NCBI GenBank assembly: GCA_964602865.1
Contig: CAZRSX010000001.1
Span: 19,940-83,939, forward strand
Reading direction: 5' to 3'
DNA length: 64,000 bases
From: an uncultured Candidatus Saccharibacteria bacterium
GTDB taxonomy: Bacteria > Patescibacteriota > Saccharimonadia > Saccharimonadales > JAGQNJ01
Both the position numbers and the translations under genes were made by a program. The notes beneath the pieces are model-generated. The model worked only from the letters and a program-made list of their open reading frames with translations, was not told the origin of the DNA and did no database searches. This document shows positions 39,181 through 50,414 of this stretch, piece after piece; position 1 is the stretch's first letter; each line of letters starts with the position of its first letter.

Positions 39181-40329
39181 ATGGAAACTTTAACAGAACC
39201 ACCAGCCGAACAGATGATGCCATCGCAAGTTAACGCTGGCAATCAAGACCCTCTAGCGAAGTTAGAGTTTGAGGGAATTGACCCGCGTTTTAGCGATGTT
39301 GTGTATCATTTCACTCCAGAAGAAAATCTGGAAGCCATAGGCAGAGAAGGTCTGCGTTACTCTGGCCGGTATGATGAAGCCTGGGGTAAAGCCGAAGACC
39401 TCATGATGAATGCGAAGCCAGCTGATATCCCCGTCGATCTAAAGCACACGGTTTTTGCGCAGTTAGAGCAAAGGCATCTTGGCACTACAAATGGCATCGC
39501 TGCTCTCAGGACAAATGTGGAAAAGGGTGAATCTATTGCAGTAGCAGTAGACCCTCACGACACCTATGTAGGCGACGCCACTAACAGAGAAAACCATGCT
39601 GGAGCTGTGGCGGGTTATGGCAATCCAGCCAAAGAGCGAGAAAACTTCTGGGATGGCGTGATACCACTGGCGACGTTTAGGGAGCTATACAAGCCATCAT
39701 ACGATAAACCTGACGAGGAGTATGGTTGGGATGAGATATATTGGGAGTTGAAAGACCCTAATAATGCCGATAAACTGAGCATTCCGCGTACTTACTCAAA
39801 ACCCGAGCTCTATATTCCGCTTGAAGCCGGCGAGGATGCGATCCCTACTGAGCGATTAGCACATACGGCAAGCAGTCTGGTTGGCCGCGTGGAGACTAGC
39901 TGGGAAGTTGAGAAGCGTATATCTAAAGAAAATGCCGAAGTGGCAGAAGCTCAACGCAAAGCCGAGGCGGATACGGAACGAGAAGAGTGGTTAAAGCAAT
40001 ACGAAGAAGAGAAGAGACGGCGAAAAGCAGCACGTGAAGAAAAAGAAAAGCTACAGCGCAAGAGTGATGAAAGGGCAAAACGGCTAGGTACACTAGGCAT
40101 GCAATTAGCTGAGCTATATGAAGAACATAAGGACGCAGCAACTAAGATGGATGATGTAGCATACAATGAAAATCTTCAGAGATCTTCCAGTATGTTAGCT
40201 CATGGACTTGCTCGGAAACACATAGAAGCAGCTGCTATCAAAGACGCTAATACTGCTGGGCATGATATAAACTTTGGTGGTCAACATTACCCAGCAGAGT
40301 CGTCAGAAGAAGAACGAAAAGCAGCGTAG
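39181..40329 (+). CDS. hypothetical protein with a K/E/R-rich coiled-coil C-terminus
   Basis: 382 aa. The N-terminal VVYHFTPEENLEAIGREGL is faintly ADP-ribosyltransferase/DarT-like (see findings). Confidence 0.5.
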   Translation: METLTEPPAEQMMPSQVNAGNQDPLAKLEFEGIDPRFSDVVYHFTPEENLEAIGREGLRYSGRYDEAWGKAEDLMMNAKPADIPVDLKHTVFAQLEQRHLGTTNGIAALRTNVEKGESIAVAVDPHDTYVGDATNRENHAGAVAGYGNPAKERENFWDGVIPLATFRELYKPSYDKPDEEYGWDEIYWELKDPNNADKLSIPRTYSKPELYIPLEAGEDAIPTERLAHTASSLVGRVETSWEVEKRISKENAEVAEAQRKAEADTEREEWLKQYEEEKRRRKAAREEKEKLQRKSDERAKRLGTLGMQLAELYEEHKDAATKMDDVAYNENLQRSSSMLAHGLARKHIEAAAIKDANTAGHDINFGGQHYPAESSEEERKAA

Positions 40330-40340
40330 AGCTGTAATCA

Positions 40341-40793
40341 TTATTCAAGAAACTGTATGCTATCCAAATTTCCGACCTGTTCAATTGCTGTTTCAATTTC
40401 CATAGCTTTTTGGGTTGTATCATAACAAGCAACCGAACTTCGTTCATCATAGCCATCATATTCCAAAGCCATAACACTTGTAATAGCGTTAAATGGTAGA
40501 CCGGCTGTTTCTAAAGCAGTTCTTACTGCTTCAGTGCCTACACCCAGGGCTTGCTCTAGGGTTTGTTGATCTTGATAGGACATACAAATCTGAATCCTAT
40601 CATGGCCATTCTTATCAGTATTCACAGTAACCATTGGTTCTAATTCTGAACCCAATGAAAACTTTACAGAGCCAGAAATAAACCCGTTAGTATTCTGGTC
40701 GTTACCCAAGCCAAGCTGCACAAAAAATGATAAAGACCACCATGCCGACCGCTTATATACCTCAGGGTTTGATATGGGCACAAACTCACTCAT
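40341..40793 (-). CDS. hypothetical protein
   Basis: Trimmed to MSEFVPISNPE (ATG at complement 40791-40793). The longer form begins inside repeat B. Confidence 0.45.
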   Translation of the reverse strand: MSEFVPISNPEVYKRSAWWSLSFFVQLGLGNDQNTNGFISGSVKFSLGSELEPMVTVNTDKNGHDRIQICMSYQDQQTLEQALGVGTEAVRTALETAGLPFNAITSVMALEYDGYDERSSVACYDTTQKAMEIETAIEQVGNLDSIQFLE

Positions 40794-40860
40794 TGTTTCT
40801 AGTATACATAAGTTGATACTCACAATTCCCGACCGCCTCTGCGCCCTGGCGCAGGCGAAC

Positions 40861-41010
40861 CCAAAAACCACCACCTTTTTCAACTTCTAAGAATCTCAGC
40901 CGGGAGATCTCTCAAAAAAACAAATCAAAAGGTGTGGTTTTTGGGAGGCGAGACTTCTCAGGCTTCCAGGCTAAAATAGGTTCGAGCGCGGTTGTAGAAT
41001 TGCGCCAAAA
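40861..41010. repeat. repeat B, right copy (inverted)
   Basis: See 37031-37182. Ends in the core CGCCAAAA (41003-41010). Confidence 0.95.
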
Positions 41011-41158
41011 AGAAACTTTTTTTGAAATTGTCGTCCAAACGGGCGGCTTTTTCTTTGGTCTTTTGCAGCTGAACCCAGATGTTTTCTTGGGGGGAGTGAG
41101 ATTTTGCCCGCGGCAGGAGCCGTGCTTTTTTGTTTTCTGGTAAAATAAAGAGGCACAC
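40958..41158 (-). pseudogene. 3'-terminal fragment of a second large-serine-recombinase gene (about 45 codons)
   Basis: The minus-strand frame reads ...ENKKARLLPRAKSHSPQENIWVQLQKTKEKAARLDDNFKKSFFLA. This parallels the LSR1 tail ENKKAWLLPRPKTLSSQESIWVQLQKTKEKAARLDDNFKKSFFLA. No upstream recombinase body is present. Confidence 0.45.
41003..41138. repeat. repeat C, left copy (136 nt), inverted relative to 42673-42808
   Basis: The first ~79 nt are identical to the reverse complement of the right copy. An in-frame ~18-nt divergent patch follows, then similarity resumes. Confidence 0.9.
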
Positions 41159-41266
41159 AAGTTAACAGGATTTTCCTATTTTTATGGCTTTAGATAGCCG
41201 TCTCGTACAATCTGGGAATTTCCTAGCTTGTGTGCAACGAGGCGGCTATTTAAGTTAGGGGTAACT

Positions 41267-42898
<1,632 letters not shown>

Positions 42899-42925
<27 letters not shown>

Positions 42926-44365
42926 TTTTTCAGTATGTTGTAGCTCAACCGGTACTTCAGTTGGATATTCCCCTGTAAAACAACCTGTGCAAAGATTTTT
43001 ACCAAACGCTTTCCGTAATCCTTTGAGTGATAAATATTCAAGAGAAGCAGCGCCGATTTTTGCCCGAAAATCTTCTCTGGTCGAGCGATTGGCAATAAGT
43101 TCTTCTTTTGTTTTCAGGTCAACACCGTGAAAACAGCGATCGACAACAGGAGGAGATAGTATGCGTACGTGTACTTCTGCTGCAACCTGCGCGACTTGCT
43201 GAGCAACGACTTCGCAGGTATCACCTCGCACCATTGAGTCGTCCACAAGGACGACGGTTTTGTTCCTAATCGCATCGAGATCAATGGCTAGCTTGCCCGC
43301 CACAACTGCTTGGCGATCACCAGACGCCATAAAAGCCCTGTCCTCTTTTGTTTTTTTGACGGCATCGACCAAAGGAATATCAAGCGTATCAGCATAGCCA
43401 GCTGCTCCGGCAGCAGCCGAGCCTAATATGGGCACAACTATCGTATCCTCGCTGCGATGTACTGGTGCCTCGGCTGCAAGAATTTTGCCCGACAGATAAC
43501 GTTTGCCTCGAGTCTGGCCATGTTCTGGGCGAGAAAGATAAATACCCTCAAGCGCACAAAAAGCCGGTTTGACTTCGGCATAGCGAATTGAGTTCAAGCC
43601 TTTGTCGCTGAACGTAACGAGTTCCCCTGGTTTGACACGCCGCATAAAGTCCGCGCCGACAGCCTCAAGCGTTGGCGTCTCTGATGCCAGCACCCAGCCG
43701 TAGTCACGCAGCTCTCCAAGCACCAATGGTCTCATGCCATGCGGGTCGCGCATGCCAACCATCTCGCCGTTGTGAAACGCCACAATCGAGAAAGCTCCTT
43801 TGGCAATTTCCGTTGTATCAATCAGCGCGCCAGGCAACGTCCAACCCGCATCTATTTCATCAGCGATAATCGCGCCGTGAACCCAGCTATCGCTTGGTTT
43901 GTCAGTGTGGCGCCACTCGTGGGCAAGCTGTCTGTGATTGACAAACTGTCCATTAATCACCTGAGCAACATGACTGCCGCTGTTAACTGTCATGTGGACC
44001 GGCTGTGCTCCAAGTTCACCACCAACAGTTGTATAGCGATTATGACCAATCCAGTAGCGCGCGTATTCTGGCAACGACGTTAGCTTTGCTCCGTTATCAA
44101 AAGCCTTGTCTGGAGACCCATGCCCAGTGACAACCTGTATGGTTTTGCCGTCTACGCTCGTTGCCAGGCCAGTGTTTTGCTGGCCTCTATTGACCTGCGA
44201 TATGAGGGCTTGATAGGTGAGATCTCTTGGGGATATCCCATCATCATGAAGCGCATGCATACCCTCTTCGGTGAGCCACAAGCCGAAGACGCCGCATTCT
44301 TCGCCGGGCCTGTCAAATTCACGCCCAATTTCAACCTCAGCCGATACTTCCTGGCTATACCCCAT
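42899..44365 (-). CDS. purF: amidophosphoribosyltransferase-like (class II glutamine amidotransferase plus PRTase)
   Basis: 488 aa. ECGVFGLW N-terminal nucleophile Cys and the PRPP-binding VVLVDDSMVRGDT. Confidence 0.8.
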
Positions 44366-44585
44366 TTGTTATCAGTGTAACAAATCTGCCATAAGCATAT
44401 CGTTGTATTAATGTACGCTAGCTTTTGCCTCTGTTCTATGCTACTATTACCCCTGTTCGTGTTGGTGAAAGCCAATTGCGCACCCGTAGCTTAGGCTGGC
44501 CCAGGCGAAGCCGCTATATAGAAATAGCGTTCGCTCTATCCAGCTCCAAAGCAACAAGTTGCACCTTTTACAATCAGTCCATTAT

Positions 44586-44662
44586 GCACCCGTAGCTCAG
44601 CTGGATAGAGCGTTGGCTTGCGGAGCCAAAGGTCACAGGTTCAAATCCTGTCGGGTGTACCA
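44586..44662 (+). tRNA. tRNA-Arg (anticodon GCG), CCA encoded
   Basis: GCACCCG-TA-GCTCAGCTGGATAGAGC-G-TTGGC-TTGCGGA-GCCAA-AGGTC-ACAGGTTCAAATCCTGT-CGGGTGT-A-CCA. Positions 1:72 form a G:U pair. Confidence 0.85.
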
Positions 44663-44802
44663 ATTTGAACTTGTGACCTATACGGTCAGCGGCGCGAACT
44701 GTCATCGGCAATTCGTAAGGAAATCTTCACCTAGCAACTTGTTGTCATGGCAGAAGCCCTGGAGTCGCCAAAAGCAACCCGAATCGTCTGGGCGCATCAA
44801 TT

Positions 44803-44834
44803 AAAAAACCCGTTCATAAACGAACGGGTTTTTT
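44803..44834. terminator. bidirectional intrinsic terminator
   Basis: AAAAAA-CCCGTTC-ATAAAC-GAACGGG-TTTTTT. Confidence 0.6.
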
Positions 44835-44912
44835 AATTAGTAATAATGTATTTGATTTCCGGTGGAATTGAGCGGATAATTAAATCGTACAGGTACGAAC
44901 AAGGAGGCAGTT

Positions 44913-45128
44913 ATGTTCGCGATTTCACTCTTAGGCTTCACGATTGGCACAGTTTGGGCAGTTATCCTTCTGTTGATTTGGATAGGCATTGCCTTTTGGC
45001 CGGCTCGCGTTGCAGCCCGCAAGGGCCATAGTTTTTTGGGGTATTTTATCTTAAGCCTCTTCTTTTTCCCGCTCGCCTTATTAGTCGCGTACCTTTCTCC
45101 TGACCGTACTCAATCAGTAATAACGTAA
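44913..45128 (+). CDS. small 2-TM membrane protein
   Basis: 71 aa. RBS AAGGAGGCAGTTATG. Confidence 0.55.
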   Translation: MFAISLLGFTIGTVWAVILLLIWIGIAFWPARVAARKGHSFLGYFILSLFFFPLALLVAYLSPDRTQSVIT

Positions 45129-45151
45129 GTTTTAAATAAAAAGGAGGTTTT

Positions 45152-45571
45152 ATGAGAGGACCAATAGATTACATCATAGTCGGATTTGAAGGAAATAAAT
45201 TTGACGGAAGTATTCTAGCCGCACTTGCTGAGGCGCTAGACAATGGCACAATAGGCTTGGTATCCCTAGCTTTTATACAGAAAGATTCCGAGGGTACTGT
45301 GAGCGTTCTAGATATTGAGAATCTGGGAGACGCATATGCAGTCCAGTTTAGCCAAAAGTATGCGACCGATAGTACGCTAGTCACAAAAGACGACATTGAC
45401 GAGGTGGCTGACTTGCTCGAGTCAAATACCAGTGCCGGACTTCTGGTTATCGAACAGTTATGGGCCAAGCCGCTCAAGAAGGCTTTGCTTGATGCAAACG
45501 GCGTCTTAGTAGCAGAAGGCCGGATCCACCCAGACGCTGCAGCAGAACTAAACCAAGAAAAGGAGGCTTAA
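45152..45571 (+). CDS. hypothetical protein (DUF6325-like)
   Basis: 139 aa. PIDYIIVGFEGNKFDGSI. RBS AAGGAGG. Followed by a SHOCT gene, a pairing I recall for this family. Confidence 0.5.
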   Translation: MRGPIDYIIVGFEGNKFDGSILAALAEALDNGTIGLVSLAFIQKDSEGTVSVLDIENLGDAYAVQFSQKYATDSTLVTKDDIDEVADLLESNTSAGLLVIEQLWAKPLKKALLDANGVLVAEGRIHPDAAAELNQEKEA

Positions 45572-45573
45572 AA

Positions 45574-45849
45574 ATGCCGGGTTTACTAAGAGGTATGGCA
45601 AGAACCGCAGTTGTTGCTGGCACCGCCACAGCAGTTTCAAATAACGTTAGTCGCCGTCAGGCAAGGCGCTGGTCTGAACAAGGCGAGGTGCAGCCAGGCT
45701 ACCTGGAGCCGTCTCAGCAGGAGGCCGCTGCACCGTCGGCTCAAGATGATACGTACGATCAGCTTGCTAAACTCGGGCAGCTCAAAGATCAGGGAATTTT
45801 GACACAAGAAGAGTTCGAAGCAAAGAAAAAGCAGATACTTGGTCTGTAA
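45574..45849 (+). CDS. SHOCT-domain protein
   Basis: C-terminal DQLAKLGQLKDQGILTQEEFEAKKKQILG is the SHOCT motif. Confidence 0.7.
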   Translation: MPGLLRGMARTAVVAGTATAVSNNVSRRQARRWSEQGEVQPGYLEPSQQEAAAPSAQDDTYDQLAKLGQLKDQGILTQEEFEAKKKQILGL

Positions 45850-46191
45850 CTATTCGGGTTTGTTTTGATCTTCGTGGCCTTTTCGCTTTTTGGATCGAAC
45901 CGCCACGGTGGATAGGACTAGTTTCGCGAAAACTATGAAGATCGTCACACCGAAGAGAGCGTAGAACATTGTAAAAATTTTGCCGGCGGGTGTTTTGGGA
46001 GTGAGGTCGCCGTAGCCAATCGTGGCCAGCGTGATGAACGTAAAATAAAACGAGTCGAGCCAGCTGAATTTTTCAACCAGGTGATAAAACACTGCTCCAA
46101 ATGTTATGAACACTGCCGCAAAAGCCCCGACCTTTCGGTAAGTAATCTCTTGCACAAATCTTTGAACCTCATCTTTTGTAACTTCAGCCAT
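45850..46191 (-). CDS. two-TM potassium channel
   Basis: 113 aa with the TIGYGD selectivity filter. Confidence 0.8.
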   Translation of the reverse strand: MAEVTKDEVQRFVQEITYRKVGAFAAVFITFGAVFYHLVEKFSWLDSFYFTFITLATIGYGDLTPKTPAGKIFTMFYALFGVTIFIVFAKLVLSTVAVRSKKRKGHEDQNKPE

Positions 46192-46330
46192 GTAGTTATG
46201 ATACCAGCAACTGGGCCAAACTTATCGGCTTTTGATCTTTGCGATCCAAAGTCTCTCTATAAAATTCTTTTGCTTTATGCGATTGCGCGGTAGATAATAG
46301 GATCAATAACCTAAAGGTGAGATTCTAGGT

Positions 46331-47929
46331 ATGGCAAAAAAATCGAAAAATAAGCTGAAAACAGCGTCTAAGGGTAATACGAAACTCTCGATTTTGCTCG
46401 CTATGGCTATGTTCGTATTGGTTGTGGACACATCTATCATGAATGTCTCACTTTCCGCGGTAGTAGAAGACTTGGGCACGACAGTGAGCGACTTACAGGC
46501 CGCAATTGCGCTTGAAGCGCTCGTGTCGGCAGCTTTCATTCTGATAAGTAGTAAAATCGGGGATATCTTTGGCCGGAAGCGGGCATACATACTGGGACTC
46601 TTAGGCTATGCGGTTGGAGCTATCGCTATGACCCTGACTAATAACGTGACTGCTGTCTTTATCTTCTGGGCGATTATCGGAGGACTAGGGGCGTCACTTT
46701 TGCTTCCTGCCATGCAGTCGCTCATACATGGTAATTTTGAAGGCTCAGCCCAGCGTAAAACTTACGCGCTAGTAGGAGCTGCAGCAGCGATCGCGGCGGC
46801 AGTAGGACCTCTGTTGGGTGGATTCTTAACAACTTACATAACCTGGCGCGCCGGATTCTTTTTGGAGGCATTAATTATTGGGATCATCCTTCTCAATATT
46901 GGCCTAGTGAAAGATGTCGTTTACGATGGGCCGAAGAACATTGATTTTGTTGGGGCGCTTTTGTCGGTATTTGGTATGGGCGGTGTGGTGCTCGGTATTC
47001 TTTTGTGGCAGGAGGGTGCCGAATCCGTCGGTGCAGTCATAGCTATTGGCATGGTCGGTCTTTCCTTGCTTGCATATTGGTTAACAAAGAGAAAACGAGA
47101 AGGCAAGACATATCTATTGGATCCCGGCTTGTTTAAACTTCCGCACTTTCGTCTAGGTGTTTCTCAAGTGATGTTGCAGAATATCATACTCGGAGGCGCA
47201 ATGATTGCCTTGCCGATTTTTCTACAGATGACGCTTGAGTATAACGCTATGAAAACGGGCTTAACGTTAGCCCCGCTGTCTTTAACGATGTTTGCAATTG
47301 CCATCCTTGCGGGCAAAAGGGCTGGCAATAGACGCCCGAGTGCAATTATTCGAATGGGATTTATATTGAGCACATTAGGACTAGCCCTCATCATCCCCCT
47401 TATCCCGCGTACCGAATCCGGGTGGGCGATGGCAATACCATTGATTATTACCGGGGCGGGTTTGGGGCTTCTCGTATCTCAGCTTAATAACTACACACTG
47501 GCTCCAATTGATGAAAAGCATGTCAGCGAAGCTGCTGGGGTCAACTCAGCTTCAGGTTCATTTGGCTTGTCATTTGGCTTGGCTATGGCCGGTGGTGTAA
47601 TGCTGGCTATCTTAGCTTTTTCGTTCACGAATCTAACCAACAAAAGCCCTGTCATCCCCTCTTCTGATAAGCAGCAGTTATCGATTGCCATGGAAAACGA
47701 CGCACAAGTAATGAGTACCTCACAGCTCAATAACTTGATTGGTTCACAGCCTGAGGATGTAAAAAACGAAGTGTTACGTATTAACTCAGAGGCGAGAAGC
47801 AGGTCTCTTCAGATAGCCTTGCTGATACCAGTCATTGCGGGGCTAATAGGGATATTTAACTCGTTTAGGATGATGAAATTACCAGACATAAAACCCTCTG
47901 CTAACCTTGAAGGTGCAAGCTTAGGCTAA
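46331..47929 (+). CDS. MFS transporter (14-TM DHA2-like)
   Basis: 532 aa with many TM helices. GDIFGRKRAY is the MFS motif A. Confidence 0.8.
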   Translation: MAKKSKNKLKTASKGNTKLSILLAMAMFVLVVDTSIMNVSLSAVVEDLGTTVSDLQAAIALEALVSAAFILISSKIGDIFGRKRAYILGLLGYAVGAIAMTLTNNVTAVFIFWAIIGGLGASLLLPAMQSLIHGNFEGSAQRKTYALVGAAAAIAAAVGPLLGGFLTTYITWRAGFFLEALIIGIILLNIGLVKDVVYDGPKNIDFVGALLSVFGMGGVVLGILLWQEGAESVGAVIAIGMVGLSLLAYWLTKRKREGKTYLLDPGLFKLPHFRLGVSQVMLQNIILGGAMIALPIFLQMTLEYNAMKTGLTLAPLSLTMFAIAILAGKRAGNRRPSAIIRMGFILSTLGLALIIPLIPRTESGWAMAIPLIITGAGLGLLVSQLNNYTLAPIDEKHVSEAAGVNSASGSFGLSFGLAMAGGVMLAILAFSFTNLTNKSPVIPSSDKQQLSIAMENDAQVMSTSQLNNLIGSQPEDVKNEVLRINSEARSRSLQIALLIPVIAGLIGIFNSFRMMKLPDIKPSANLEGASLG

Positions 47930-48522
47930 AAACGAATCTTGTGCATCAGGCGGTCAACAGCGTCCTGCTTGCGATCCTCATGCGGCAGATAGGCGCCCAG
48001 AAACTGCGCGATTCTTGTTTCGTCCTCGGGGGCGTAATAAACACTCAGAGCCGGCATAAATCGCTTTAATGGCAACAGGGAAATAGAATGAAATGCGCCT
48101 TCATCAATGACCGCGAACGACCGAAACTGCTCAAAGGCGTAAAATCGTTCGCCAACCTGTATGCCGCGATCAGTCAGCGCATAGCTGAGGACTTTGGGCT
48201 TTCGGGCCGCAAAGATCATAAATGTGATGGCAAATAACGACAGGGCTATAACAGAGAAAATATCACGAGTTATCAGGTAGATGATGCCGATGCCAACGGC
48301 TGCGACAAACAAAAGTCCGGCGTACCACGAGCCTGTTTTTGCGTGTTCGATGAACTCCGAGGCTGTCCAGGTTACGGCGTGTTCTTGCGCCCGCGGTGCT
48401 AGCTGAGGGCTCGGCTGCGGTTGTGCTGGCGGATTTTGGGGCACCTGCTGTGCAGGCACTGGTTGTCCTGGCGTGAATGTCCATCCCGGCTGCTGTTTAT
48501 CCTGCATGTGCTTATTGTACAC
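47926..48522 (-). CDS. hypothetical membrane protein with a P/Q-rich N-terminus
   Basis: 198 aa with two central helices. Confidence 0.5.
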   Translation of the reverse strand: MYNKHMQDKQQPGWTFTPGQPVPAQQVPQNPPAQPQPSPQLAPRAQEHAVTWTASEFIEHAKTGSWYAGLLFVAAVGIGIIYLITRDIFSVIALSLFAITFMIFAARKPKVLSYALTDRGIQVGERFYAFEQFRSFAVIDEGAFHSISLLPLKRFMPALSVYYAPEDETRIAQFLGAYLPHEDRKQDAVDRLMHKIRF

Positions 48523-48591
48523 CTTTGTATTTGGACTGTAAAAGTCGAACTTCCTCTGTTATAATCTGTCTGTTCATTGGCAACGAGATAC

Positions 48592-48684
48592 GGAGAGGTA
48601 CCCAAGTGGCTGAAGGGGACGGTTTGCTAAATCGTTAGTGGGGCTCACGCTCCAGCGAGGGTTCGAATCCCTCTCTCTCCGCCA
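48592..48684 (+). tRNA. tRNA-Ser (anticodon GCT), CCA encoded
   Basis: GGAGAGG...ACGGT-TTGCTAA-ATCGT-long variable arm-GAGGGTTCGAATCCCTC-TCTCTCC-G-CCA. Confidence 0.9.
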
Positions 48685-48705
48685 GATTGTTCTGAACAGA
48701 TTTAG

Positions 48706-48795
48706 GGAAGGGTGACCGAGTGGTTGAAGGTAGCAGTCTTGAAAACTGCCGTGCCCTCACGGGTACCGTGGGTTCGAATCCCACCCCTTCCGCCA
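48706..48795 (+). tRNA. tRNA-Ser (anticodon TGA), CCA encoded
   Basis: GGAAGGG...GCAGT-CTTGAAA-ACTGC-long variable arm-GTGGGTTCGAATCCCAC-CCCTTCC-G-CCA. Confidence 0.9.
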
Positions 48796-48846
48796 GATAG
48801 AAACTGGAACTTTTTTCAGAGTTAACAAACAATGAAAGAGGTAGGA

Positions 48847-48867
48847 AAGCCCCGTCAGGGGCTTTTT
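48847..48867 (+). terminator. intrinsic terminator downstream of the tRNA-Ser pair
   Basis: AAGCCCC-GTCA-GGGGCTT followed by a T-run. Confidence 0.6.
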
Positions 48868-49012
48868 GGTTGCCTCAAGTGGTGCGTTTGGGCTTGACCC
48901 CACAAGGGACTGGAACTATGTTATTACCCCTTAAACCCCTGATTTTGTGGAACTTTTTGTAATACTCACCCAAAGAGCAACCAGCCTGTAATGGCTGGTT
49001 CGCCGTTTTGCC

Positions 49013-50365
49013 CTAGATTTCGGTCGTTACTTCTTTGTCTTTGAGGTAGATTGTTTGTTCAAGGCAGGATATCAAGGCTCGTTTTTCGACTCTTGTTCCC
49101 TCGGTAAGGATGTATTTGGCGAAGTTGTGCAGGTTGATGCCTTGTCCATCGCTCTCCGCATCGCCCAGTACGGCGGCTGACAGTCGTCTGAACCTATCCA
49201 GCTCCGTCTGTAAGTTTTCCTTGCTTTGAATTTCCTCTATCGTGATGTTCGATAGGAGTTGCAGGAACGCTTCGGTCAGCTTTTCTTCTCTCAGGTACGG
49301 CTCCGAGCAGTCGAAGTTTCTTGATTGTGTGCAGTGGTAATACACATAGCGTTTCTGTCCATGCTTCTTCGTCTGTTTGTACTTTTCCTGTGCGGTGATA
49401 CCCGACCCGCAACCGCCGCATTTTAAGAGCTTGGTGTAGTCGAATTGCTTTGTGCCGGGCTTGCTCTTTGGTGCTACCACCATTTTCTGTTGCACGGCAT
49501 CAAATAGCTCTCTGGAGATTATCGGCTTGTATGAGCCTTTGTACCATTTGCCGCTACCTATCGGGAACTCGAAGATGCCGCAGTAGTACGGGTTGTTAAG
49601 CATGCGATATACCATGCTTAAGGTCACGCGTTTACCTCGCTTGGTCTTGAATCCTACCTCTGCGAACCAGTCGTAGATATCTCTACCCGATGCACCGGCG
49701 GCTACTCGCCCAAAGGCTTCTTTGATGATAGGCTCACGTTTCTTGTCTACAAAGACCTTTTTCTGCCCTTTACCCGAATAGTAGTCGTTTTTGTAACCAA
49801 GCGGTGTCATATTGGGTCTGAAACCCAACTCGCACTTGGTTTTCATGCCACGCTTCACGTTAATGCCACGGTTGTCGTTTTCCAGTTTGGCTTGGGAACA
49901 TAGAATCATCAGCAGGAACTTGTCGTTCGGTGAATTGGTGAATACCTGTCCGTGCGTCCTGATCTCAACCAGTTTGCCCTGATCCATGAGGTCTACAACC
50001 GAACCCAAGTCACCGGCATTCCTACTCAGGCGATCTGGTGCCCAGCTTAGGATGCCGGTAAACAAACCTTTACGGATATCCTCTATGGTCTGCTCAAAGA
50101 CCGGACGTTGGCCGGAGTATTTAGCGGAGTGGCTCTCTTTTCGTATCTCGGTTACTTTTAGCCCTTGGGCTTCCGCCTGAAGTAGCATTTCCTTGATTTG
50201 TGAGTCTATGGATAATGCCTGCCGTTCGTCATCCTCGCTGGATTTGCGGGCATACAGGCAGTATTCAACTGGCATTGCCTTGGCGGTGGCGGCATGAACA
50301 GGCTTTCCGTCCTGCTCATCGGGCAGTCGGTAAGCTGCGGTATTGGTCATTTGTATTGCTTCCAT
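49013..50365 (-). CDS. large serine recombinase (LSR2)
   Basis: Trimmed to MEAIQMTNT (alternative ATG at complement 50348-50350). YCLYARKSSEDDERQALSIDSQ, WAPDRLSRN, zinc-ribbon CGGCGS...YYHC. Homologous to LSR1. Confidence 0.85.
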   Translation of the reverse strand: MEAIQMTNTAAYRLPDEQDGKPVHAATAKAMPVEYCLYARKSSEDDERQALSIDSQIKEMLLQAEAQGLKVTEIRKESHSAKYSGQRPVFEQTIEDIRKGLFTGILSWAPDRLSRNAGDLGSVVDLMDQGKLVEIRTHGQVFTNSPNDKFLLMILCSQAKLENDNRGINVKRGMKTKCELGFRPNMTPLGYKNDYYSGKGQKKVFVDKKREPIIKEAFGRVAAGASGRDIYDWFAEVGFKTKRGKRVTLSMVYRMLNNPYYCGIFEFPIGSGKWYKGSYKPIISRELFDAVQQKMVVAPKSKPGTKQFDYTKLLKCGGCGSGITAQEKYKQTKKHGQKRYVYYHCTQSRNFDCSEPYLREEKLTEAFLQLLSNITIEEIQSKENLQTELDRFRRLSAAVLGDAESDGQGINLHNFAKYILTEGTRVEKRALISCLEQTIYLKDKEVTTEI

Positions 50366-50414
50366 AACAAGGTACAAGGTACCGCAAAGAGGTAGGAAGT
50401 CTAGGCTTTTATAG

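Noticed and set aside
40940-41010. Repeat B as a tRNA or tmRNA-like gene
   Set aside because: It contains GGTTCGAG (T-loop-like) and ends in GCGCCA next to the core, at the position the tRNA-Ser 3' end occupies in site 3. However, I could not fold an acceptor stem or cloverleaf on either strand.
48635-48832. 65-aa ORF on the minus strand
   Set aside because: It lies entirely antisense to the two tRNA-Ser genes. The EGFEPS-type peptide is the usual translation artefact of a tRNA T-arm.
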